DNA of 64,000 nt, taken from positions 107,510,001-107,574,000 of the forward strand of contig NC_058368.1 of the NCBI RefSeq assembly GCF_018350175.1, given 5' to 3'. A program made the translations under genes and the position numbers. Source of the stretch: Felis catus (taxonomy: Eukaryota). Below are positions 39,810 to 50,535 of the stretch, piece after piece. Within the stretch, counting starts at the first letter, position 1. Every line of letters starts with the position of its first letter. A model generated the notes under the pieces. The model made no database searches, had not been told where the DNA came from, and saw only the letters and a program-made list of their open reading frames with translations.

Positions 39810-40130
39810 CATTATGATGTGTCAAGCAACGTTCTAGGATAGGTGAACAAAATAGACAAGGTTCTTGTTTTCATAAAAGTTTACATTCTTGGTGGGTAGG
39901 AGAAGACGATGCATAAGATGCCAGACATTGTAAACGTTAAGGAGAAAATAAAGCATAATAGGTGACAAAGGAGTCATAGGGGGAGAATGGGGCAAGAAAA
40001 GAATTCACTCGTAAGTGGAATGGTTACAGAAAATATCGCTGGGAAGGTGACATTGGAGCAAAGACATAGAGTTGATGTGAGAGCAAGCCGTGCATAAGTG
40101 TGTGAGAGAACAGCCAGAGTTTGGTGTGTG
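39810..40130 (-). mobile_element. L2 3' fragment
   Basis: 'tgtgtcaagcaacgttctagg...gtgaacaaaatagacaagg...ggaaggtgacattggagcaaagac'. Confidence 0.7.
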
Positions 40131-40530
40131 TGTTTTATTTCTGATTTAAATCAAGTTTTTCTAAAGGCAAGATAAAAGTGCAATGAAGGAGGTTAATTCT
40201 TACAACATGTCATATCCATTTAAGTTGAAAATGTCTTAAAGTCATAAATAGTTAATTTATTTTCTCTTTAGCATTCTATGGATGATTTAGCTTATTAAAA
40301 TGGAAATTTTTATGCATTTCCTATGATGCCATTTTATCATTTCACATTTCTAAAATAGAATATGCCATTTACTTTACATTTGAGCTAATATTGGCTGGGA
40401 ATATAAAGCAGCGATTGTCTGGCCAGCTGCCAAGATAAAAACATATTTAGAAAAGTAATTCAGGGATGTACTCTAAGTTAAAGGGTATAACAATTTTTGT
40501 ATTAGTCCTATTATCTTCTTCTTAATACAC

Positions 40531-40676
40531 CTTGTAAGGGACATGTGAACTGCCTCTTTTGCATTTCATTAATGCAGAGTCTCTGCAGTTTCTCAAGTTC
40601 TAAGTAATGCTCTCCATGGAAAAAATGCCAAGTACAGAAACCTGGTTTACCAAAACCAGCTACTTTGATCCTCAAT
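40531..40676 (-). pseudogene. Candidate exon C (open, 146 nt, phase 2 to 1)
   Basis: ctgtcttgaacactag|A-LRIKVAGFGKPGFCTWHFFHGEHYLELEKLQRLCINEMQKRQFTCPLQ-G|gtgtat. Confidence 0.55.
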
Positions 40677-40864
40677 CTAGTGTTCAAGACAGTTTTAATA
40701 TTTAGTAATGCCACTTTAAATATTACAATGAAATTCACGGTTATAAATAAAATGTAAATGAATGCTGGTGGTTTAAGACAAAATCATGTAGGGTTTTTCT
40801 CTCTGTTAAAAAGCAGCTTTCTAAAATGACAGACCTGTTGATGTAGGATTATTGCTACTTGAAA

Positions 40865-41080
40865 AAAAGTAAAACTGTAGACTTTGGCTTCGGAGTACTG
40901 AATCCTGAAACTTATCACTAATTTAATAATTAGACAAGTTATTGACTTCTCTTAGACTTGGTTTCCTCCTCTGTCAAATTGGCATAATAGTACTTAGTGT
41001 CAAAGATAATTGTGAGAATTGAACAAAAGTATAAAACACTTAGCACATTGTATTGTAAGTGTGTAGTAAATGTTACTGTA
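40865..41080 (+). mobile_element. MIR SINE
   Basis: 'agacaagttattgacttctcttagacttggtttcctcctctgtcaaattggcataatagtac'. Confidence 0.8.
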
Positions 41081-41167
41081 ATGTGTTTTTAAAACGGACT
41101 GGACTTAATGAGGTACATGTAGGGATCTCTATTACTCACCATTCCCTGGAGAAACAAAACCACTAAG

Positions 41168-41169
41168 AT

Positions 41170-41212
<43 letters not shown>

Positions 41213-41222
41213 TAGATATATA
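41168..41222. repeat. (GATA)n tetranucleotide microsatellite
   Basis: Directly visible. Confidence 0.95.
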
Positions 41223-41422
41223 TATGGGTATATGTATATTATGGGTATAAGTGCTAAGTACATGATAGGTATTACTATATAAAAATGTTAAAGTAAAGTT
41301 AAAGTAAAGTAAATAAAGTAATATTATGGGTATAAGTGCTAACTACATGATAGGTATTACTATATAAAAATGTTAAAGTAAATAACTATAGGAATATAAT
41401 TAAGAGAAGACATTTTTTCACC

Positions 41423-41565
41423 GGGGAGGTGCCTGGGGTTAAATGTCTGACTCTTGATTTCAGCTTAGGTCATGATCGCATGGTTGTGAGACTGAGCCCC
41501 ATGTGGGGCTCAGTGCTGGACGTAGAGCCTGCTTAAGATTCTGTCTCTCACTCTCTTTCTGCCAT
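41423..41565 (+). mobile_element. Older, 3'-truncated CanSINE
   Basis: 'tcttgatttcagcttaggtcatgatcgcatggttgtgagactgagcccc'. Confidence 0.8.
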
Positions 41566-41589
41566 AAAGAGGCAGCAACATTTCTTCAA

Positions 41590-43062
41590 TATACTTTTTT
41601 GTAGTGGTCTCACTGTTAGTATTATGGTAACAATTAACATATCAATAAGTCCATCAATCATTCATTTCAACCAGGTGTGTACGTAGAAGTTGGGGAGGAG
41701 AATGGGAAGGGATAAAATACAAACAGTAACAAATGAATCTAACTCTATAACAAATGAATAGTAGACCTAACCTGACAGAAGCTGGGAACAAAACAGCCAA
41801 ATGACTTTGGAATGACCAAAACTCTGCAGTTTTCACCAAACTGTACAGTTGATTGAAAATAATGTATACAAATATTGTGTGCTATTTATTAAGCTTGTTT
41901 CTCACAGAGTTAAGGATTAATAATTAAATTCTGGATCGACGTTATGCTTATTCGATTACTGGGGAAATAAATAAATATTTTGTGGATGAGAGCCAGGTTT
42001 CTCACCAATAGAAAGAAGTTAAAAATTAGGAGAAAGGGAAGGCTAAAATAAATACTGTGCTATTATATTAGTAATGGAACTATTGCTACATACTCATGAA
42101 TTTTAATATATGGACAGAGATATATAGGTGTGTGTGTGTTTTTGTATTGTGTTGTATGTGTGATCAATGCATATTTTTCCTGGCTTTTTCTGCTACGAGA
42201 GCCAGGAATCAATGACATCATAGTAGCAATATGTACAGCTAGCACACATGTATTGTGTATACCTGTTATAAATACCATTCTCCAATAAAAGGAACCAGAG
42301 ATTTTTTAGACTAATGGTTGATTCCAAGGATGGAACAGAGAAAATACTCAATGCAACTGTATTATCTTGAGGGACCAGAAAGTAAAAAAAATATTGTAAA
42401 AACTTTATTTTAATCTTTATTTATTTTTGAGAGAGAGAGAGAGAAACAGAGAGACAGAGAGTAAGCAGGGGAGGGGCAGAGAGAGAGGGAGACACAGAAT
42501 CATAAGCAGGCTCCAGGCTCTGAGCTGTCAGCACAGAGCCCTAATGCAGGGCTCGAACTTAAAAACTGTGAGATCATGACTCGAGCTAAGGTCAGACTTT
42601 CAACCGACTGAGCCACTCAGGCACCCCAGGAAACATTTAAAACATGATACCATGGAGTATATAACAAGAATGTAGAAGCTAATTTGAAGGTGTGCCCACT
42701 GACTAAATCTGGGACAGTTTAAGGTGAAATAATAACAATAGTGATGAGTTATACCCCATCAAATAAAATAAATGCCCATAAATCTATACTGATATAAATA
42801 AATAATGCAGTATATAAATTAATGGAGAAGGGACAACTCTTCTTTAATATGTAATTTCAGTAAATGTAGAAATAGTGAAGGAAATTAAAAAATTACCATT
42901 TAGCAAACACTACCTCAATTTGATTTTTTAGTGTTTACATGTTACATAATGTTAAATATGGTTATATAAAATGCTAATATTTGGGAAAGCTGGATGAAAA
43001 GTATACATAAACTCTGTATTTTGCAACGTTTTTATAAAGCTAAAATTATTTCAAAGTAAAAA
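41590..43062 (+). mobile_element. L1MC/MD-type 3'UTR
   Basis: 'ccattctccaataaaaggaaccagag...aatggttgattccaagg' and terminal 'ttttgcaac...aaattatttcaaagtaaaaag'. Confidence 0.7.
42402..42628 (-). mobile_element. CanSINE
   Basis: Reverse SINEC body ending 'gagccactcaggcacccc'. Confidence 0.95.
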
Positions 43063-43504
43063 GGAAGAAAATATATGCACGGGGAAAAAAAGATTTAAAA
43101 AATGAAAGAAGCCACTGTAGGGTAGGGCTGAGTTTTGAAGGCTTAGTAGGAGTTAGTTTTGGACATAATGAGTTTTGATTCACCCGATCACTAAAGTAGG
43201 AAAGACTAGAAAGCAGTTGCATATATGATGTCAGGACTAAAGACACGTTTAAGAGTTCTTGACTACTGGAGGATAGTAGAAATCAAATAGTCAAACAAAA
43301 TCAACCAGGAAGACTGCATACAAGGAGAAGTATGGAAGACGGGGTCCTAGAGAATATGGGCAGAGTAGAAATAACAAGAAAAAAGTTAAGAAAACCAAGA
43401 GAGGTGGCATCAAAAAGCAGACTTTAAAGAAGGAAGAAGTTTGCTTACCAAAAGTTTCAGTGGAGAAAAGAGAAAAGAGGAAAAGGAAGAGAAAAAGAGA
43501 ATGA

Positions 43505-43860
43505 GGAGACATGCTCTTAGATATACTGTGGCTAAATTGCTGAACTTCAAGGTCAAGAAGAAAATTTTACAAGCATCCCGATAGAAACGCTTTTTAAAAA
43601 GCCCTTGTGAGGTAGAGAATTTGCCATCTTCCACAGAGGATGCGAAGATACGGGGTAATTAGCTACAAATTATTGAGACCTAAGAATTGTGTTTCAAGAA
43701 AACTCTCTCCAGCTGAGATACAGGTTATCTGTCAAGTTAAAGAGGAACATTTTAGGCATGAAAGGATTTAGCAGGTCTACCAAATTATTTATCTGAGAAA
43801 ATGTTCCAGAAAACATTCTAACCATTAACGATTAAATTAAACACAGTTCTCACAAGATGA
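43505..43860 (+). mobile_element. Ancient L1/HAL1 ORF1 relic
   Basis: 'ttagatatactgtggctaaattgctgaacttcaaggtcaagaagaaaattttacaagcatcccg' resembles PRHILVKLLNFKDKEKILQASR. Confidence 0.6.
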
Positions 43861-44384
43861 AGAGACAGAAGATATGCAAAAGAGTGTTAGAATTTTTTGC
43901 AATTCAATTCTGAAGGGGTTATAAAGTTTTAAGATTCCCTAATACATGTGTTAATTATTTGTGAAATTTGAAAATGGGTGAAAAGAGGACTCTAATAATA
44001 GTGTAGAACCAAAACTTTTTTACTGTCTCTGGAAAGCACAAGATTCAAGTAAAGATGAGGTGGGAAATAAAACTTTCATCGTGAAGGAATGAGGCTCATG
44101 TACAGGAGCAATCACACATACGGTGTCTTAAGAGCATCCCTATTTTCACATTCACATAATTACATATTGTTTGTAAAATACCAAAGTTACAAAAGTTTTT
44201 GGATGCCAGAGATGGGAAGATAAACTTTTGTATAACAGAAAATCTTCCTAATGCCATCAAATTAACAAGAAAAATATAGTTAACATTGCCCCACCTTGGC
44301 AAAAGGCAAGAAAAAGAAAAAATAAACATGGAAAAAGAGGCTTGACTTCCTTCCTAGAATTCAATAACTTTACTTACTCCAGCT

Positions 44385-44448
44385 TATTTTTTTAATTTTT
44401 TTTAATGTTTATTTATTTTTGAGAGAGAGACAGAGAATGAGCGGGGGA

Positions 44449-44504
<56 letters not shown>

Positions 44505-44627
44505 CTGAAACAGGCTCCAGTCTCTGAGCTGTCAGCTCAGAGCCTATGCGGGGCTCGAACCCACGGACCATGAGGTCCTGACCTGAGCCGGTAGGACACT
44601 TAACAGTCTGAGCCACCCAGGAACCCC
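44385..44627 (-). mobile_element. CanSINE with expanded (GA)n (44452-44501)
   Basis: Reverse SINEC body. Confidence 0.95.
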
Positions 44628-45002
44628 TTTCTTAGTCCATTTTAAAATAAAAGTAGAAATGTGGGTGTAGAAATGAATAGCAAAAAAGCATTTTGAAAAG
44701 AGCAGGGTAATATTTTGAAACGATTTGGGTTGTTTATCTGCTCAAGATCTTTGATTCCTTCTATGTAAGCATATTTCTTATATTCCTCTCCTTCATGTGC
44801 TTTCTCATTCTACAAAACCATATTATTTCACATTCTAAAGAAATACATATCATTTCCTATGGCTCAAAAGTATGAGAAATTCTTATTTTGTAAATCTCCA
44901 CTAAAGGATTCATTAGGATTAGTATTTTGCTGTTTGTTTAAAGAGATAGATAACGCTTCTTTTTTATGCTGCTGCTTTGGTTACTTCCTATCACTGCCTC
45001 AC

Positions 45003-45139
45003 ATATTTCCCTGAAGGTTGACCCTATCCTTCAATGATTCTGTCTGCAACTCTGGTGATCTTTTAGTAGGTACATGACTCTGCGGAAACACTCTTCTGAA
45101 GTGGGAACTTGAAAGAAGTGCAAGATATCCACGATTCTT
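45003..45139 (-). pseudogene. Candidate exon B (137 nt, one base short of frame-preserving)
   Basis: cttcactcttttaaaataag|A-RIVDILHFFQVPTSEECFRRVMYLLK, then a shift, then RSPELQTESLKDRVNLQGN-AT|gtgagg. Confidence 0.55.
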
Positions 45140-45599
45140 CTTATTTTAAAAGAGTGAAGTTCTTCGTTACAGTAACAAAATGCACATTTGAAAGCACAAT
45201 ATACTTGTAAAATATAAGCAAATAAATGTAGTGTAAAATAAGATTTAAAGAAATACATGCATTAGACTGTTACTAGTTAGCCTTGTTTCCTCCCTAAACT
45301 CAGCTACTAACTAGAGTGCTCATGTAAATTTCCTAAGAGAAAAATTTGAGTTAGCTTACTCACATTTGAATATCCAAAATTTTCTCCATAATTTCAGTAT
45401 ACCTTTAGTGTCGTCTCTTGCAGAGCTAAAAGGAACTTGACTTATTCCAACCCGCCCTGTTATTCTTCAGCCAACTTCGTTATTAACTGCTTTTCTCCAA
45501 ATTCAGCTTTAACAAGGGCTTGAATCGGGCATTTCAGCCTATTATTCCTCATCCCAGGAAATCTCTCAGAAAAAATAAGAGGTTTCTGAGGAGAAGGTG

Positions 45600-45697
45600 T
45601 TGTAACATATTTCATTTATGACTCCACTTCTTGCACAGTGCTTGGCAAAGAGAGATCCATCAGCAAATGTTTATTGAATGATTGAACAAATGAATAA
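45600..45697 (+). mobile_element. L2 3' terminus
   Basis: 'gcacagtgcttggca...cagcaaatgtttattgaatgattgaacaaatgaat'. Confidence 0.7.
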
Positions 45698-46077
45698 AGA
45701 AATCAAGTAATAGAGTTGAAATCCCAGTACCTGCATACAGTTCTCTGATTTTTCAGAGTTCAGAAATGGAAGAGAATTAGGACTCTATTTTAAAAAGCCT
45801 TTAGTTAGTTTTCTCACATTAAGAAAAATTGTTTTGTGACAATCATTTATGTAACCTAAATAGCCTCTTATTAAGCTCTGCTAACAATGTTCCATCAGTG
45901 TTTTTTTTTTTTCATCCATTTACTGAAACTGAAATGTTGATAACTGTCATAAAAGAAGTTTTTGTGTGTGGCCAATATTTTCTGCTCTGAACAGTGTCAA
46001 TCACATTTTATAAACAGCAGAATGGAATTAATTCACATGTTCATTGATAGGAGTTTTTGTTATTTTGCCCTTAGATC

Positions 46078-46592
46078 TGTATAAATTTTCTTCAGCTGCT
46101 ATAACATATTACCACAGACGTAGTGGTTTAAAACAATACAAATTATTTTATAATCTGTAGGTCAGAAGTCCGACATAGGACTCACTGAGCTAATGTGAGG
46201 GCAGCAATGCTTTCTGGTGCCTCTAGGAGGAATCCGTTTTCTTACCTTCCAAATTTCTGGAGATTGCATGCATCCCTTGGCTTATCCACTCCCCCCACCC
46301 TCCCCCCATCTTCAAAGCCAGCAATACTGCAATGCTCTGTTCCTTCTTCTGTTGATCATCTCTGTGCACAGCTGGGAAGCGTTCTTACTTTTTAAGGACT
46401 GCTATGATTAGAGTAGGACCCCTGGGTAATCTGGCTAATCTCCCCAGCTCAAGGTTCATAACCTTAATCATATTTGCAAATCTCCTTTTGCCATGTAAGG
46501 TAACATATTCAAGGGCTCTGGTGGTTAGGGTAGGGACATCTTGGGGGCGAGGGCAGCGGGGGGGGGGGGGAGGGCATTATTCCAGTTACCAA
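46078..46592 (-). mobile_element. MaLR MLT1B/C-like LTR
   Basis: 'gctgctataacatattaccacag...ggtcagaagtcc...ttttgccatgtaaggtaacatattc'. Confidence 0.85.
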
Positions 46593-46733
46593 AGTACTTT
46601 TTAGAAATTTTAGAGACCTATTAGGATGGACAGAGATTCCAGAGTGTGTACCCTTTAAGGATAAAACAGGGTAAGATTGCAGGAAATCATCTTTGCCTCC
46701 GAAAAAACAGTAACAAAAACAAACTTTACCTCT

Positions 46734-46940
46734 TGTGGCAAAGTGAATGCTTGTGTCCCCTTGAAATTCATATGCTGAAATTCTTAATCCCAATGTGATG
46801 GTAATGGAAGGTAGGGCTCTTCCTCAGAGCATTCATGAATGGGATTAATGCCTGATAGACCAGATTTAGAGAATTCCCTCATTCTTTCCACCATGGGAGA
46901 ACACAGAGAGAAGACATTTGTCTGCCAACCAGGTTGACAG
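46734..46940 (+). mobile_element. MaLR MLT1A-like LTR fragment
   Basis: 'gaatgcttgtgtccccttgaaattcatatgctgaaattcttaatcccaatgtgatgg'. Confidence 0.75.
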
Positions 46941-47501
46941 CAGAAATGCCCCCCACCCAAATTGAGAATACAATGAGCTGTTTAATATTCACCTACTTCC
47001 TAAAATAGCTATCCTGTTTATCTGGAAAGAAATCTTACCTGTTTATTTTGGTTTGGTAAATTATCTGTACATGGGACTCTCACTCTATCTCTCTGTAAAG
47101 AATGATAGAGTGGTGCCACATTGAAGAGGAATTGCTCTGTGTTCCCAATTAATTATTTCAGTAAAATTTCTTCACCAATAGCATCACTCATACTGACTGC
47201 TTTTTAAGCCATTAAGTAAGCACTGGCTCTGGGTGACTTTTGGACATTATGCAGGAGTGTCATATGAATCTTCGGTTTTTATTGTCCTTGAAATAGTCCT
47301 TAGGGAACCATATGAACTCCAATGTATTTTTTAAAGATTTGCTTGAATTGGATTAGCAGAGAACATAAAATTCGTATGTATTATTTGGCATTGAGAGAAC
47401 ATTTATTTCAAAGTGCACAATTCATAGCTTAGTTGCCACAGAACATACACCAGGAAGTTACTTATTGAACAGAAAACCTAAAGGATTTTTTTCTCACTTA
47501 C

Positions 47502-47647
47502 GCTAAGTTGACAAACTGCAATCTGCAGGAAGCATATTCAGGAGTGTGGAGATCCCAGTTTTCAAGCTGGTTGATGGCATTCAACAGGGATTGGTGGTAA
47601 ACTGGGAATTCCAAAGCAGCAGCCCCTGTTGCTGTTTTCTCCTGCAT
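47502..47647 (-). pseudogene. Candidate exon A (possible first coding exon)
   Basis: ATG at 47647: MQEKTATGAAALEFPVYHQSLLNAINQLENWDLHTPEYASCRLQFVNL-GC|gtaagtgag, a consensus donor in phase 2. Confidence 0.6.
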
Positions 47648-48710
47648 ACGCAGTTCTTGGGGAGTTTTGTGGTTGTTGTTATTAATCAAACCAAGAAAAT
47701 AATGTTTTTGTTCCTTTTAGTAAAAATTACAAGTGTAATGCCATAGTTAGGCCATAAGTAAGACATCTTTTGATAATGGAATGGGTGAAGAGTGAAGCCT
47801 AACTGGTGAGGACAAATATTTTGTCATTTCTGTCATTTTGTCGTTTAGTCAGTTCCTAGTAAAGCACCCCCACAATCCAGGTGATATAACTCCTTGCTAA
47901 CCTCCATGACCTGCCAGGGAAAGAGAATAAACTCTATACTATGATTTATAAAAGTTAACAGATAATTAGTATGTGTTTTTAGAAGAGTTTTGTTGCTTAC
48001 CCAGAGGTTTAAGCACTAAATTTACTCTTTCAAAAACTCAGTCTCAACAAATTATCTTGCAAAGTGTTCGGATACAGGTCTAAAATGCTATCGTCTAAGA
48101 AACTCTGCAACCCACATACATTGCAGACGTGCCCAGAGAATATAATCCCTGAAGGGCTATTTTTCAACTCATCCCAGGAAAGAGTGCAGTAGGCCTACCC
48201 AAAAAAAGATGGAAAAGCTCCAAAAGCATGGTGAATTTAGTAATAGAGAAGGACATAGAAAATGGCATGAGAATGTAATGAGTGATAGGTAAGACTTAGT
48301 TAAATGTAAGATTCAAAAGCAACAAAGAAGGCTGAACTGGAATAGATGCCACCCGTTCTGCTACAGGAACATGGAAATACAGATAAAATACATTTTAAAA
48401 GAAGTAGAAATTGAGTCTCAAGAACTTTAACACAGCTCACGGGAGATTCCCACAGAATAGACATGTCTTATGGTAGCTGAATTCACAGTAGGATATTGTA
48501 TGTCATGAAAGAAAGTGAAACATACTGAGGAAGGATCAACAGATGCAAGAATTAGCACCCTCAGAAGCGGAAGTAGTAGGAAGATCTGGAAGAGGCTGTG
48601 AATGAATATATTTCACATGATTAAAAAAAATAAAGAAACTGAAGACATAATTTTTTCAAGAAACTATAAGGTAGAACAAATAAAGAGATTTATAAACATA
48701 ACCGAAAAGA

Positions 48711-48925
48711 GGGACACCTGGGTGGCTCAGTCAGTTAAGCGTCCAACTCGATTTTGGCTCAGCTCATGATCTCACGGTTTGTGAGTTTAAGTTCCACATC
48801 ACGCTCCGCACTGACAGTATGGAGCCTGCTTCATTTCTCTCCCCCCACCCCCTCTGTGCACCCCCACCCCCAATTTTCAGTGTTTCTCTCTCTTTCTCTC
48901 CAAATAAAGAAACTTAAAGAAAAAA
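48711..48925 (+). mobile_element. CanSINE
   Basis: Head gggacacctgggtggctcag, A-rich tail. Confidence 0.93.
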
Positions 48926-48932
48926 TAACCAA

Positions 48933-49177
48933 GGGGTGCCTAGGTGGCTCATTTGGTTAAGCGACTCACCTTGGCTTAAGTCATGATCTCACAGTTCATG
49001 AGTTCAAGCCCCACATAGGGCGGGGAGCTCAGAGCCTGGAGCCTGCTTTGGATTCTGTGTCTCCTCTCTCTGCCCCTCCTCTGCTCACCCTCCCTCTCCC
49101 TCCCTCCCTCTCTCCTCCTCTCTCTCTGTCTCTCTCTCTCCCAAAAATAAATAAACATTAAAAAAAAAAATTTAAAC
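48933..49177 (+). mobile_element. CanSINE
   Basis: Head ggggtgcctaggtggctc, CT tract, A-tail. Confidence 0.93.
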
Positions 49178-49199
49178 AATGCAGTATAGTCATGATACT

Positions 49200-49409
49200 T
49201 TATTTTTTCTAATTTTTTTTACAGTTTATTTTAGAGAGAGAGAGTACAATCAGGGAAGGGACTGAGAGAGAGGGAAACAGCATCTGAAGCAGGCTTCAGA
49301 CTCTGAGCTGTCAGCACAGAGCCTGACACAGGGCTTGAACTCACAAATGGTGAGATCATGACCTGAGCTGAAGTTAGTCGCCTAACTGACTGAGCCTCCC
49401 AGGCTTCCC
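49200..49409 (-). mobile_element. CanSINE
   Basis: Reverse body. Flanking agtcatgata(c/a)ttt TSD. Confidence 0.93.
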
Positions 49410-49619
49410 AGTCATGATAATTTAGGGAAGAAGATAGAGAAAAAAGGAGAGGGACGTTTCAAACTATTTGGTGTAAAACTTTACTTATTTTAAAAATAGA
49501 TTTTAAACAAATAAGGAAGAATGTTAAGTTTATGAAAAAATTTTGAGAGCTACCTCAGTTCTTTTAGGCTTTATTCTCTATTACTTCATAAAAAACAATC
49601 TTGAAAAAAAATAAATAAT

Positions 49620-50535
49620 AAATTCTAGGTTGCAAATCCTTTAGTTACTTGGCAATCATTTTGCTTGGCTTCTCAGCAGCATTTGACACAAATGACTACT
49701 TGCTGTCTCTTGAAACACTTGCCTTTGAAGGTGTTATGTTCCCATTACACTTTCAGGTGACTCTCTTTCTGGCCACTGTGTTGGGGAACCCCACGGCCTA
49801 CAGATGCCCACTCTTCTCATGTGTAATCCTTGGGTGATCTGTCTACTGTCATGACTTTTAAGTGCCATATTTACTAATGACTCCCAACTGTACCCTCTAG
49901 TCCCAACCTCTCTCCAGAACTCCTGATTCACATGATGCAGTGGGTTCCTCAGCACCGCAGATTTAACATAACTAAAACAAACTGCTTCCCCCTACACCCA
50001 TTCTTCACACAATATACAGAATAATAAGTCAGTCCCATGCAGAAATCTCTATTAGTATATCATGTCTATATTCCTTGCTATCATTTATTGGGCTTCTCAT
50101 GACCTGGCCTCCAGCTACTTCTCCAAATAGCTCCACAGCTTTTTGCCAAACAAATCACAAGTGCTTTTGCCTTAAGATCTCTGTTCTCACAGTTTTTTCT
50201 GCCTGGAAGTCTTCTCCAAAAATATTTTTAGTTCAAGGACTCATTTCCTTCAGTTTCCACTTAAATGTCGCCTATTCAAAGATGCATTCTGTGATCGTGT
50301 GTGATTCCTTGTATTCTATATGCTTACCCTGCCTTATATTTCCTTCATGATCACTTTTAACCTGAAATTTGATAAATAATATATTTATCTATTTTTGTCT
50401 TGTATGCTTCCCCCATGAGAATGTACATTTTACAAGGTCAGAGATCTTTGCCCATCTTGCTCACAGGCTTGTTCAGTTACCTTCAACAGTCTCACACAAA
50501 GTAGGTGTTGAATAAATATTGGTTGAATTGATAGA
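49620..50535 (+). mobile_element. L2 LINE fragments (RT to 3' end)
   Basis: LLGFSAAFDT (cf. LLDLSAAFDT) and 3' end 'gtaggtgttgaataaatattggttgaattga'. Confidence 0.8.

Noticed and set aside
41168..41382. Repeat-spacer pattern as a CRISPR-like array
   Set aside because: Only two copies plus microsatellite, in a mammalian context, with no unique spacers.
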